Shown here piece after piece: positions 1-10,917 of a DNA stretch of 32,203 nucleotides. The stretch comes from Octopus sinensis (Eukaryota), in the NCBI RefSeq assembly GCF_006345805.1, contig NW_021829641.1, positions 1-32,203 of the forward strand, written 5' to 3'. The position numbers and the translations under genes were made by a program. Within the stretch, counting starts at the first letter, position 1. Each line of letters begins with the position of its first letter. The notes under the pieces were generated by a model, which did no database searches, was not told the origin of the DNA, and was given only the letters and a program-made list of their open reading frames with translations.

Positions 1-733
1 CGCGTTTATGTATGTATGCGTATACATACGTACACGGACGCTTGCATAGTCAAAAAGGGATCTATAGGTAAGTAAATAACACTATATAGAGATGTAAAGC
101 GATAGGTTAGGGGTAAGAATGAGGGTAAGGTAAAAATAGAAATAAAAGTAAGAAATACAGTATAAAATAAATACAATGTAATAGTTAGAAATGAAATATA
201 AAAATTATAAAATTATAAGAGTTAAGGTAAGGGATGAAAATGAAAATGAGAATAAATGGAAGTAGAATAAGAGTAAAAATAAAATAAAATAATAAGATAA
301 ATATAATTTAACATGAGATGAAGGTGGTTGAAAGATAGAGGTGTGTGTTAAAAGTGTCCACGTAGGGGCGGGCGGGGGGAACTGAAAAAAATTGGAAGGG
401 TGGGAAGTGGAGTTTGGCGGTGTGCGTTCAACATCCGAGTTAGAAATGTGAAAGGGTATATATATATATATATATATATATATCAAATGTGAGGATAAAA
501 TTCTTTTCGAAAAAAAATATTTTCTCGAAAAAATTTTTATCAATGGCCAGCATATTAAAAAATACCTTTAACGGTTAAATTTATAAACAATTCATAAATG
601 AGGGCAAAGGAAAAATTTCTAATGCCAAATATGCCGAAAAATTGGACATATTGTCCATTAACCATATAATTTTTTCACAATACGCACGCTACTTGAAAAA
701 AGGTCGACAGAAATTTCTAAAAACTTCCATTAT

Positions 734-791
734 TACCATACAGGACTGATTTCAGAGTTAGCTACTAAGAGCCCTCTCTTCGTCAGTGATA
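734..791 (-). ncRNA. Type-I hammerhead ribozyme motif (H1), canonical core
   Basis: Minus strand reads TATCA-CTGACGA-AGAG..CTCT-GAAA-TCAG-TC-CTG-TA-TGGTA. Stem I TATCA/TGGTA (5 bp, one G-U), stem II AGAG/CTCT plus inner GCT/AGC, stem III CAG/CTG with one bulged U, GUA triplet. Confidence 0.75.
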
Positions 792-890
792 CATGTGGCA
801 AAAGAAATAAGATACGTACTCATACCCATGTATATATATATATATATACACACATATACATACACACATATTCACACATATACACACATA

Positions 891-926
<36 letters not shown>

Positions 927-930
927 TATA

Positions 931-1185
931 GGCGCGTGGCTTTATGGTTAGGGTGTCAGCACCATGATCGTAAGATTGTGGTTTAGATTCCTGGACCGGG
1001 CGACGCGTTGTGTTCTTGAGCAAAACACTTCATTCCACGTTGCTTCAGTTCACTGAGCTAGCAAAAATGAGTTACGCTGCGATGGACTGGCGTCCCGCCC
1101 AGCTGGGGAATACATACGCCATAGAAACCGGGAAACCTGGCCCATGACCCTGGCTAGGATTTGAAAGGGGGCATTTATTTTATTA
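931..1185 (+). mobile_element. tRNA-derived SINE (family B)
   Basis: tRNA-like head with A/B-box-like motifs, a TTGAGCAAAACAC core and a V-domain-like GATGGACTGGCGTCCC segment; flanked by (TA)n. Confidence 0.75.
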
Positions 1186-1374
1186 TTATTATATATATAC
1201 ATACATATACATATTTCGGACTTATGGGTATATGCCAATTAGTGTGTTGAATTGCTGAGTAGAGCACTGGCACAGTTTGGGCTACCTGGTGTCATCCGCA
1301 GACAGGATATTCTTCCGTTGGATCTATTGCAGAAATTCCGCTATGTTAGTTGAGATGATAATAATAATACTTAA

Positions 1375-1620
1375 GTACTTAAGTCGCCAGACGTAATCGG
1401 CCAGTGATGTTGCGTGCCGTTTAAGGACTTTTCGAAAGCTGGCGATGTGGTTTCTATACCTATTCTTGAAAATATCAATCGATGCACTGATATATACGTA
1501 GGGACCTCATTTAGTATTTTCGGTGCACTTGTATAAGATATTGTGGGTCTTGTATTGGTTACCCAGCGGACATTTCGGACTGTCTCTGCCTGAGCATAGA
1601 TTGTCAGTTTTTTTAGTTCG
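1375..1620 (-). mobile_element. Penelope-like element GIY-YIG endonuclease fragment (CPLxxxC-linker family), decayed
   Basis: Manual minus-strand translation gives PKCPLGNQYKTHNILYKCTENTK*GPYVYISASIDIFKNRYRNHIASFRKVLKRHATSLADYVWRLK. This matches the PLE pattern CPL..C...IVY..YIG...FK.RY.NH..SF...T.L..Y.W.LK; it has one in-frame stop. Confidence 0.75.
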
Positions 1621-1680
1621 CGTGTACACAGTCGGTACCTGTACGGTCGGGTTTGTTTACATTCGTGCTCGTGGCTACCC

Positions 1681-1745
<65 letters not shown>
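1681..1745. repeat. (ATT/TAA)n microsatellite
   Basis: Perfect trinucleotide run directly abutting the LINE 3' end. Confidence 0.98.
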
Positions 1746-1746
<1 letters not shown>

Positions 1747-2393
1747 TTTATGTTTGACTTTTTGCTTTACAATCGTACAAGTTGGCTCCAAGTCTCACCC
1801 AGAGACCTCAAGAGTCAACAAGTTGGAAGTTCATGTTGGTGTTATGCCTAGGGTGCCATATATTTGATTTTGTACATAATGTTGTTCTAGAGAATTTTTA
1901 AGAAGACACAAGAAAAATTATGTGTTTGTTTTAAAATTTGAGATTACATAGAATTTTACGTAGGATATGGACAGTTCCCATGAGCACTATCTTTTGAATT
2001 TCTGCCAATTTGGGGTTTCCTGGTATCTGAGATAGGTAGCAATCAGCACCTTTTGCTGTCATTCCCATGGCACATATGACAACAGGTATTGTTTTAGTCT
2101 TGAGGTTCCACATTTTGCTAATTTCTATTTCAAGAGCTTTAACTTGCTCAGCTTTTGGTAGGTCTTGACAGATACGTTTTTATCGATCGGGACAGTCATA
2201 TCAAGGAAGAGGCATGATTTTTTTGTCTGAAGTCTTTCAATATGAGGTCTGGCTTATTTGCATCTATCTTTCTGTCAGTTTGAATGGTGAAGTTCCAGAG
2301 GAGTGAGATGAGATCCTTTACAAGCACCGGAGGTGGTTTGTGTTCCCACCAGTTTTTATCATGGGGCAAGTCCAGGTTTTTGCAAATTATCAG
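1746..2393 (-). mobile_element. 5'-truncated non-LTR retrotransposon with restriction-like endonuclease (R4/Dong-like)
   Basis: Minus translation across frameshifts gives WWEHKPPPVL..LLWNFTIQTDRKIDANKPDLILKD..CLFLDMTVPIDKNVS..LEIEISKMWNLKTKTIPVVICAMGM..LAEIQKIVLMGTVHILRKIL (PD..D REL motif). A 3' UTR follows and ends in (TAA)n. Confidence 0.88.
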
Positions 2394-2404
2394 TGATGAT
2401 GATG

Positions 2405-2463
<59 letters not shown>
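2394..2463. repeat. (GAT)n(TAT)n microsatellite
   Basis: Trinucleotide run at the LINE 5' junction. Confidence 0.97.
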
Positions 2464-2465
<2 letters not shown>

Positions 2466-3124
2466 CAATATTATTATTCCTGGGTGTGTTAGTGTTAGTT
2501 GTTGTGGTTATCAGATGTTGGTTGGTTAGTAAAATTGTTGCTGTTGTGTTTTCCCCCTGTTGTTTAGTGTTATTGTTCAAATCATTGTTACTTTGATGCG
2601 TTTATATGGTTAGTATTTGCAGTCACTGGGGTTGTTACATGTGTCTCCATCTATTTTTGAGGGCCTAATTTTGATGCATCCTGCACTCTGCCTTAGTTTT
2701 CGGTTGTTAATTCTATGAATGTAGTGTTCCATTTTCGATGAATTCGCATACGATAATTTCACTGTGCCGGTTAAACAGCTGGTTGTAAGTGCTGTTTTGT
2801 TTTTATATCAAGAATTATTTGTCTATATTTACAAGTCTTTGCAGATCTTATTGAAGTAAGATAATAGTAATCGAAAACTCTAGCGATGTTTCATTCCCTA
2901 ACCAGACAGGCATATAACAACACGACAGCCAAAAAGTCAGGGTCTTTAGTGAGATACAACTTTATGCATGGATGTACCTAATGAGACCCAGACTGCGACG
3001 CAACATGTTGAACGGAGTCCCACCCATAAGGGACAGTAGCAGGGTGGGTCTAAACGACCGTCGTACAAAACAAAGATTAATGCCAAACCCATCTTCTCAT
3101 TATTTAAAATTATCATTATCATCG

Positions 3125-3168
<44 letters not shown>

Positions 3169-3195
3169 TATATACATATGTATGTGTGTATGTAT

Positions 3196-3314
3196 ATCAC
3201 GTGATCACGTGACCGACCAGACCATCAGATGTTGTTACACATCGCTGGTCACAATGCGTTGGCATTGTTTTAGCCTTCGAATGACGCCACCCAGCTGGCT
3301 AAGCGAGCAGGCCA
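3196..3314 (-). mobile_element. SINE-like repeat (family C)
   Basis: Near-identical reverse-complement copy at 27275-27393; tRNA-like head. Confidence 0.75.
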
Positions 3315-3370
3315 GTGTATGTATATATATAAATATTCAAATAGGTAACAAAAATGAACAGGTGTCAATA

Positions 3371-3452
3371 CATTACGGCCGTTTCAAGCGTCTCCATTTA
3401 ATTGATTAAGGAAAACGTTACATTAATTTGAAGAAACGGTTCTCGTCAGATG
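3371..3452 (-). ncRNA. Type-I hammerhead motif (H2), long stem II
   Basis: CAT-CTGACGA-[GAACCGTTTC..GAGACGCTT]-GAAAC-GGCC-GTA-ATG. Perfect palindromic stem III ACGGCCGT; stem I CAT/ATG. Confidence 0.7.
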
Positions 3453-4325
3453 ACCGCATAGACTTCAAACATGAAGGATAAACCATTTTTTAAAACAAAC
3501 TTGTATCAATAATAAAAACCAAAATATTTACATGGTTTCCTTTTGCTATGTATGTGGCAGAATGAGTTTAGAAAATAATGCATAGCTTGTTAAGCCTTCC
3601 ATAATTTAGAAAGTAGTAGAGGAAATAGTGAAGGTCAAGATAGAAGGAGTGGTGACGTAGTTACTTATATTTAGAAGACTTTATGTGGTATGTAGTCTTC
3701 AACCATTTAGAATTAAATCCATTGAGAGTTGTCAACTGTATTCTAGTTAATGGAGATAAATCAATTAATTTCAGACAATCTACTAGACTGCCAAAGTGAT
3801 GGAACCATATATCTACTTTATCTACATAAAGGTGTAAGTTGCGGGGCTGCTAGTAAGAAAATGTTTGATGGGAAGGGGTGGTAACTGGAAGAAAGAAGGG
3901 TAGGGTTTGCCAGTACTTATTTAGATTATCAAATAAAGGGGAATATAATGAAAAGCCTAAAAGAGATATGTAATATAAACTTTAGTGGTGGAAATTAGAA
4001 TTGAAGGATACGGAAGAGAGTAATTTATAACTTAGCAAATTTGCTAAGTTATAAATTACTATCTCCCGTATCCTTCAATTCTAAATGGTTGAAGACTATA
4101 TACCACATAAAGTCTTCTAAATATAAGTAACTACGTCACCACTCCTTTTATCTTCACCCTCACTATTTCCTCTGCTACTCTCTAAATTATAGAAGGCTTA
4201 ACAAGGTATGCATTATTTTCTAAACTCATTCTGCCACAGACAAAGTAAAAGGAAGCAACATAAATAATTTGGTTTCCATTATTGATGTAAAATGGTTTGT
4301 CCTTCAGGTTTGAAGTCTATAAAGT

Positions 4326-4408
4326 CATCTGACGAGAACGGTTTCTTTCAAATTGGTATAACGTTTTCATTAATCAATTAAGTGGAACCGCTTGAAACAG
4401 CCGTAAGG
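4326..4408 (+). ncRNA. Type-I hammerhead motif (H3), inverted paralog of H2, partly decayed
   Basis: CAT-CTGACGA-[GAACGGTTTC..GGAACCGCTT]-GAAAC-AGCC-GTA-AGG. Stem II pairs well; stems I and III have mismatches. Confidence 0.6.
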
Positions 4409-4580
4409 AATTGACACATATCCGTCTTTGTTACTTATTCATATTCTGTTCTTCTAACTTGGAATCTGCACCTCGGAAATACTATAGAAAGTACCCTTTC
4501 AAAAAGGATATGCCTGAATTAACAAGTGCGGTTATCTTCACTTAGCGGGGTTGCGTTGTCAGCACACGCGACAGGAATAT

Positions 4581-4807
4581 CTATTTCTTTATAGCCCATA
4601 GGGGGCCAAACATAGAGGGGAAAACAAGGACAGACAAAGGGATTAAGTCTATTATATCGAGCCCAGTGCGTAACTGGTACTTATTTAATCGACCTCGAAA
4701 GGATGAAAGGCAAAGACGTCCTCGGCGGAATTTGAACTCAGAACGTAGCGACGGGCGAAACACCGCTAAGCATTTCACCCGGCGTGCTAACGTTTCTGCC
4801 AGCTCGC
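4581..4807 (-). mobile_element. tRNA-derived SINE (family D)
   Basis: Minus-strand head GAGCTGGCAGAAACGTTAGC..GAGTTCAAATTCCGCC with A and B boxes. Confidence 0.8.
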
Positions 4808-5368
4808 GAAAGGAATATTAGATACAAATATTCCAACACGGAGTCCTGATATTCAATATTCAAATAATATTGTTGGGGTGTGCAGATTATAACTATCAAG
4901 GTACCAAAATTTAAGTAACTAAATCAACTGAATCTTAGTTACATATATATATATATATAATATATATATTATTATTATATATTATATATAATATATATAT
5001 ACATATATATATAATTAGAGGATAGGATATGGTAACCATTATAAATGAATATTTCATTCTTTTGTTTATGTTTAACTTTCATCAATCATCTCTGTCTGCA
5101 TCATTTATTGATCTAATTTTATTTATCTGCTCTACTTTATTTCTAACCAACCTGTAAGCCATCCCCGTGCATAAAACAATACAAACCGTAAACGCTCACA
5201 TTCTGTCTGCTAAAATGAATTTATAAGCACACATATAACATCTTAATGTACGTTTTTTACTTTTGATGATATTGTGCTCATGTCACATAAATGTAAATTT
5301 AAAATCTAATGTTTATTGAGTATTAATTGAAACGGATGTAAGTGAAGTTGATCAATTTATATATATAC

Positions 5369-5522
5369 AAGTGGCTGTGTGGTAAGTAGCTTGTTTACAA
5401 ACCACATGGTTCTGGGTTCAGTCCCACTGCGTAGCATTTTGGGCAAGTGTCTTCTACTATAGCCTCGGCTGACCAAAGTCTTGTGAGTACATTTGGTAGG
5501 CGGAAACTGAAAGAAGCCCATC

Positions 5523-5570
<48 letters not shown>

Positions 5571-5748
5571 TTCATTTAGAGATAGTAGGCCCCATCATCT
5601 CAGCATATAAAAAAGAATTCTTCTTTATATGGTGAGATGAAGGGGCCTACTATCTCTAAATTAAAATATATATTTTTCATTGAGAATAATTTGAACCTCT
5701 GTTTTAGTCCCTAAAAATAAATTTTAAATAATATATATATATATATTA

Positions 5749-5800
<52 letters not shown>

Positions 5801-6025
5801 GTGTGTGTGTATGTGTGTTTACGTGTCTGTCTTTATCCACCCACCATCGCTTGACAACCGATGTTGGCGTGTTCACGTCCCCGTAACTTAGCGGTTCGGA
5901 AAAATAGACCGATAGAATAAGTACTAGGCTTAGAAGAAATAAATCCTGGGGTCGATTTGTTCGACCAAAGTCTCTGCTCCAGCATGGCTTCAGTCAAATG
6001 ACAGAAGCAAATAGAAGAATAAAAC
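5369..6025 (+). mobile_element. Composite tRNA-derived SINE (family A): head 5369-5523, (TA)n, tail 5800-6025
   Basis: GTGGCTGTGTGGTAAG..GGTTCAGTCCC A/B boxes; the same head and tail recur at 9224, 22277, 25711, 28325 and 29288. Confidence 0.85.
5574..5661. repeat. 88-nt hairpin (MITE-like or foldback remnant) within the SINE (TA)n tract; duplicate at 9443-9530
   Basis: 20-bp perfect arms ATTTAGAGATAGTAGGCCCC/GGGGCCTACTATCTCTAAAT plus inner TCATCTCA/TGAGATGA and ATATAAA/TTTATAT. Confidence 0.9.
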
Positions 6026-6218
6026 AATAAAACAATGAAACAATATATATATAGACACATACACTTATAAAACCAGATTCACGGACACCTATTTATAAAT
6101 GCTTATGTATCTATATTTGTATAAATAAACTTCCGCATCGGCGCAAATATAAATGAACACGCATATGTGCAAACAAATGTATATATATATATATTATATA
6201 TATATATAATATATATTA

Positions 6219-6272
<54 letters not shown>

Positions 6273-6276
<4 letters not shown>

Positions 6277-6860
6277 GGTCATTCCATAAATATTGCAGTT
6301 TTTCCAATTGCATGAACTAAAAGATGGAGGGGGACGGGATAAAATACCTGCATCAACTTGCAATAAAAGAAGGTCGCAAATTTTACCTTGTATTTATTCT
6401 TAGTTTTGGAGACTGCAGTTTTGCAGTTAGATTTTAGCAGTTATTTTTTCAAAGCTATAATGAAAGAGACAAAGGAGCATATTCGGCATATATTGCTTTA
6501 TGGGTTCAATAAAGGCAACAACGCAACAGAAATTGCGGGGAATATTATTGCAGTATTTGGAGATTGGACAATAAGCGTAAGCCAGTAATCAACGGTAGTT
6601 CCAGAAATTCTGAGCCGGAAACTACAGCCTAGAAAACGAACCTCGTCTAGGAAGATCTGTAGAGCTCGACGAGGTCGTCCTGTAAAATCTAGTGGAATAA
6701 AATCCCATCGTAACTGATGAGGAACATGCCATTGGAAAACGTCAGCAAATTGGGTCAAGGGGTTCCTCACAAACCTTCAGAGTCTAATCACGCGTAGGGA
6801 CTGAATGTGTGCTCTTCTTTACTGTCAAGTCTCATGAATGAACCTTTTTTGCACCGGTAG
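6273..6860 (+). mobile_element. Decayed mariner transposase 5' fragment
   Basis: MKETKEHIRHILLYGFNKGNNATE..QR*FQKF*AGNYSLENEPRLGRSVELD..GQGVPHKPSE resembles the mariner double HTH and WVPHEL motif; several stops and frameshifts. Confidence 0.9.
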
Positions 6861-7021
6861 GTTTCTCTCTCTGTTTATTTCCTCGTGTTCCTTTCTCTTG
6901 AAGAGTATGGGCTTGGAACATAAAAGACTTTCTCACCTTCCCGAGCGTCAAACTAATACATCTGCATGTTGTTTATACACCTGATCTTCGTCTTCTGTTT
7001 TCCCTCTAAATTACAACTATA

Positions 7022-7088
<67 letters not shown>

Positions 7089-7142
7089 TAATTACACACA
7101 ATATATATATATATGTATGTATGTATTATATATATATATATA

Positions 7143-8740
7143 TATGGATTATAGCCAGCAACAACTTCCTTCCTCGATATCCTCATTAAGAAAGCTAATA
7201 ATATAATAGAAACAGACATATACTATAAACCTACAGACTCTAAGCAATATCTTCCATTCAATTCATGCCACCCCAGACACACTAGGATGAATATCCCCTT
7301 CAATCTAGCAAAAAGGATATGCACTATAGTCTCTAACGCAAACACCAGAGACACACGACTACACAGAACTAAAAGATACCCTTATCACCAGGAACTATCC
7401 ACCTTCACTTATTGACAAGTGCATTCAACGTGCCCTTCAACTTAACATCAAGGAACTGAGACATCCCAAATCAAAGAAAAACTTACAACCAAAAGCCTTA
7501 CCATACATCTCCACACACAACCCTCTCAATAACGAAGCCTTCGGCACCATCCTCCACAACATACCCCTCCTAAAAAAAGACCACAGAATGAACACAATCC
7601 TCCAAACACACACGATCATAAAAAGCAAAAGACAGCCTAGATCCATGAAAAGTCTTCTAACACAAGCCCGAATTCACTCTTCAACACAGAAGCCGACAGT
7701 AAAAAAATGTGAAGACCCAATTGCGGGATATGCGACTATCTAATCGAGGGTTCTGAGTTCTCCTTCAAACAGGGACAACGTTTTACAGTGAAAAGCAACT
7801 TCACATGTGCTTCGGAGAACCTAATATACTCACTAACCTGCTCCGGGTGTCAAGAGCAGTACATAGGCCAAACAAAAAATGGTTTGCGTAAACGAATGGC
7901 CCTGCACAGATCCCAGATAAAAATTCCCCAAAACAGAAAAATAGCTTTTAGCCAATACATAGATACTTGCGCCAACAAAAAAACACCAAACTTCAGAATT
8001 TTCCCCCTCTACCAATTTAGGGACAATACAACCTCGAGACAACGAATAAGTAAAGAAAATCTCTTTATTATAAAATACAGGCCACTTCTTAACGGGTCTA
8101 CGACAAACAATTAATATAGCTCAACTTAAGAATAAAAGAAATATATATACACACACAAATATTACATTCCATAGAATCCATTACTAATCGCCCCAAAACA
8201 GCTATATCTTCACCCATTCATATTCTCCCTTCTCTGTTTTTTTCTTCTTCTCCCTCTTCTTCTCCTTCTTCATCATCATCGTTATCATCATCATCGTCGT
8301 CATCGTCATCACCACCATCATCATCGTCATCTTCTCCTTCTCCTTCTTCTTCATCGTCATCATCATCGGCACCGTCATCTTCTTCTTCTTCTCCACCTTC
8401 TACCCCCACTAATGTCTTAAAGTATAACGCCTACGCAGCGACTGCGGTCGCCACTGACCAGCCCAGATTTTCCCACTCCCACCCCCTCAAGAACTCACAA
8501 CGACCTCGAATACACAAGTGCAAACAAGGAGTCAGAGAAAGGCAGAATGCCACATATATCTGAACACTACTATGGAAGTATTCCTTTAAAAAAACCTTTC
8601 TTCTAATTTTTCTAAATTTTTCAAAATTTAATTTTATTTAATCGTTACAGTTGAAAAGGTCTCAAAATGACCGAAACCGGTACTGAAAGATTCACTATAA
8701 AATCATCTTAGCATTTTCTATTTTTGACTTGTTTTTTCAT
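7143..8740 (+). mobile_element. 5'-truncated Neptune-like Penelope element (RT C-terminus, Cys linker, GIY-YIG to stop at 8114, 3' UTR with hammerhead), copy 1
   Basis: [34 protein letters not shown] linker and FTCASENLIYSLTCSGCQEQYIGQT..RMALH (GIY-YIG); single-base frameshifts. Confidence 0.92.
8645..8688 (+). ncRNA. Minimal type-I hammerhead motif (H6) with U3-A8 variant core
   Basis: TTACAG-TTGAAAA-GGTC-TCAAAAT-GACC-GAAAC-CG-GTA-CTGAAA. Stem I CAG/CTG, perfect stem II with G10.1-C11.1, palindromic ACCGGT stem III; predicted cleavage after 8682. Confidence 0.75.
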
Positions 8741-8813
8741 ATATATATATATAATATACATATATATATACACATATATATATAATACATATATATATAT
8801 CTATGTATGTATG

Positions 8814-8868
<55 letters not shown>

Positions 8869-9223
8869 TAATTAGAGGATAGGATATGGTAACCATTATA
8901 AATGAATATTTCATTCTTTTGTTTATGTTTAACTTTCATCAATCATCTCTGTCTGCATCATTTATTGATCTAATTTTATTTATCTGCTCTACTTTATTTC
9001 TAACCAACCTGTAAGCCATCCCCGTGCATAAAACAATACAAACCGTAAACGCTCACATTCTGTCTGCTAAAATGAATTTATAAGCACACATATAACATCT
9101 TAATGTACGTTTTTTACTTTTGATGATATTGTGCTCATGTCACATAAATGTAAATTTAAAATCTAATGTTTATTGAGTATTAATTGAAACGGATGTAAGT
9201 GAAGTTGATCAATTATATATATA

Positions 9224-9377
9224 CAAGTGGCTGTGTGGTAAGTAGCTTGTTTACAAACCACATGGTTCTGGGTTCAGTCCCACTGCGTAGCATTTGGGGA
9301 AGTGTCTTCTACTATAGCCTCGGCTGACCAAAGTCTTGTGAGTACATTTGGTAGGCGGAAACTGAAAGAAGCCCATC

Positions 9378-9443
<66 letters not shown>

Positions 9444-9870
9444 TTTAGAGATAGTAGGCCCCATCATCTCAGCATATAAAAAAGAATTCTTCTTTATATG
9501 GTGAGATGAAGGGGCCTACTATCTCTAAATTAAAATATATATTTCTTCATTGAGAATAATTTGAACCTCTGTTTTATTCCCTAAAAATAAATTTTAAATT
9601 ATTATATATATATATAATATTATATATATACGTGTGTGTGTATGTGTGTTTACGTGTCTGTCTTTATCCACCCACCATCGCTTGACAACCGATGTTGGCG
9701 TGTTCACGTCCCCGTAACTTAGCGGTTCGGAAAAATAGACCGATAGAATAAGTACTAGGCTTAGAAGAAATAAGTCCTGGGGTCGATTTGTTCGACCAAA
9801 GTCTCTGCTCCAGCATGGCTTCAGTCAAATGACAGAAGCAAATAGAAGAATAAAACAATAAAACAATGAA
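9224..9870 (+). mobile_element. SINE family A, duplicate copy
   Basis: Duplicate of 5369-6025. Confidence 0.85.
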
Positions 9871-10024
9871 ACAATATATAATAGACACATACACTTATAA
9901 AACCAGATTCACGGACACCTATTTATAAATGCTTATGTATCTATATTTGTATAAATAAACTTCCGCATCGGCGCAAATATAAATGAACACGCATATGTGC
10001 AAACAAATGTATATATATATATAA

Positions 10025-10055
<31 letters not shown>

Positions 10056-10056
<1 letters not shown>

Positions 10057-10641
10057 TGGGTCATTCCATAAATATTGCAGTTTTTCCAATTGCATGAACT
10101 AAAAGTTGGAGGGGGACGGGATAAAATACCTGCATCAACTTGCAATAAAAGAAGGTCGCAAATTTTACCTTGTATTTATTCTTAGTTTTGGAGACTGCAG
10201 TTTTGCAGTTAGATTTTAGCAGTTATTTTTTCAAAGCTATAATGAAAGAGACAAAGGAGCATATTCGGCATATATTGCTTTATGGGTTCAATAAAGGCAA
10301 CAACGCAACAGAAATTGCGGGGAATATTATTGCAGTATTTGGAGATTGGACAATAAGCGTAAGCCAGTAATCAACGGTAGTTCCAGAAATTCTGAGCCGG
10401 AAACTACAGCCTAGAAAACGAACCTCGTCTAGGAAGATCTGTAGAGCTCGACGAGGTCGTCCTGTAAAATCTAGTGGAATAAAATCCCATCGTAACTGAT
10501 GAGGAACATGCCATTGGAAAACGTCAGCAAATTGGGTCAAGGGGTTCCTCACAAACCTTCAGAGTCTAATCACGCGTAGGGACTGAATGTGTGCTCTCTT
10601 TACTGTCAAGTCTCATGAATGAACCTTTTTTGCACCGGTAG
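10056..10641 (+). mobile_element. Decayed mariner fragment, duplicate copy
   Basis: Duplicate of 6273-6860. Confidence 0.9.
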
Positions 10642-10795
10642 GTTTCTCTCTCTGTTTATTTCCTCGTGTTCCTTTCTCTTGAAGAGTATGGGCTTGGAAC
10701 ATAAAAGACTTTCTCACCTTCCCGAGCGTCAAACTAATACATCTGCATGTTGTTTATACACCTGATCTTCGTCTTCTGTTTTCCCTCTAAATTAC

Positions 10796-10864
<69 letters not shown>

Positions 10865-10917
10865 TATATATACATATATATATATATATATGTATGTATG
10901 TATGTATATATATATAT

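Larger units (their letters stand above)
3340..4439. repeat. Long imperfect inverted repeat (arms ~3340-3715 and ~4077-4439) of a hammerhead-bearing PLE-like 3' region
   Basis: Arms are reverse complements (e.g. GTGACGTAGTTACTTATATTTAGAAGACTTTATGTGGTA vs TACCACATAAAGTCTTCTAAATATAAGTAACTACGTCAC). A third family member lies at 28797-28985. Confidence 0.92.

Noticed and set aside
6714-6745. CTGATGA..GAAAACGTC inside the mariner fragment (also in the duplicate)
   Set aside because: No stem II or stem I pairing; explained by mariner coding sequence (VTDEE).
6891-6926. CTTT-CTCTTGA-A-GAGT..GCTT-GGAAC-ATA-AAAG hammerhead-like remnant (also 10672-10707)
   Set aside because: Stem I fits, but the core, GAAA and stem III each carry mismatches; too decayed to call.
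8218-8409. Acidic D/E ORF as a host gene exon
   Set aside because: Low-complexity triplet tract inside a PLE 3' UTR, with no recognisable domain.
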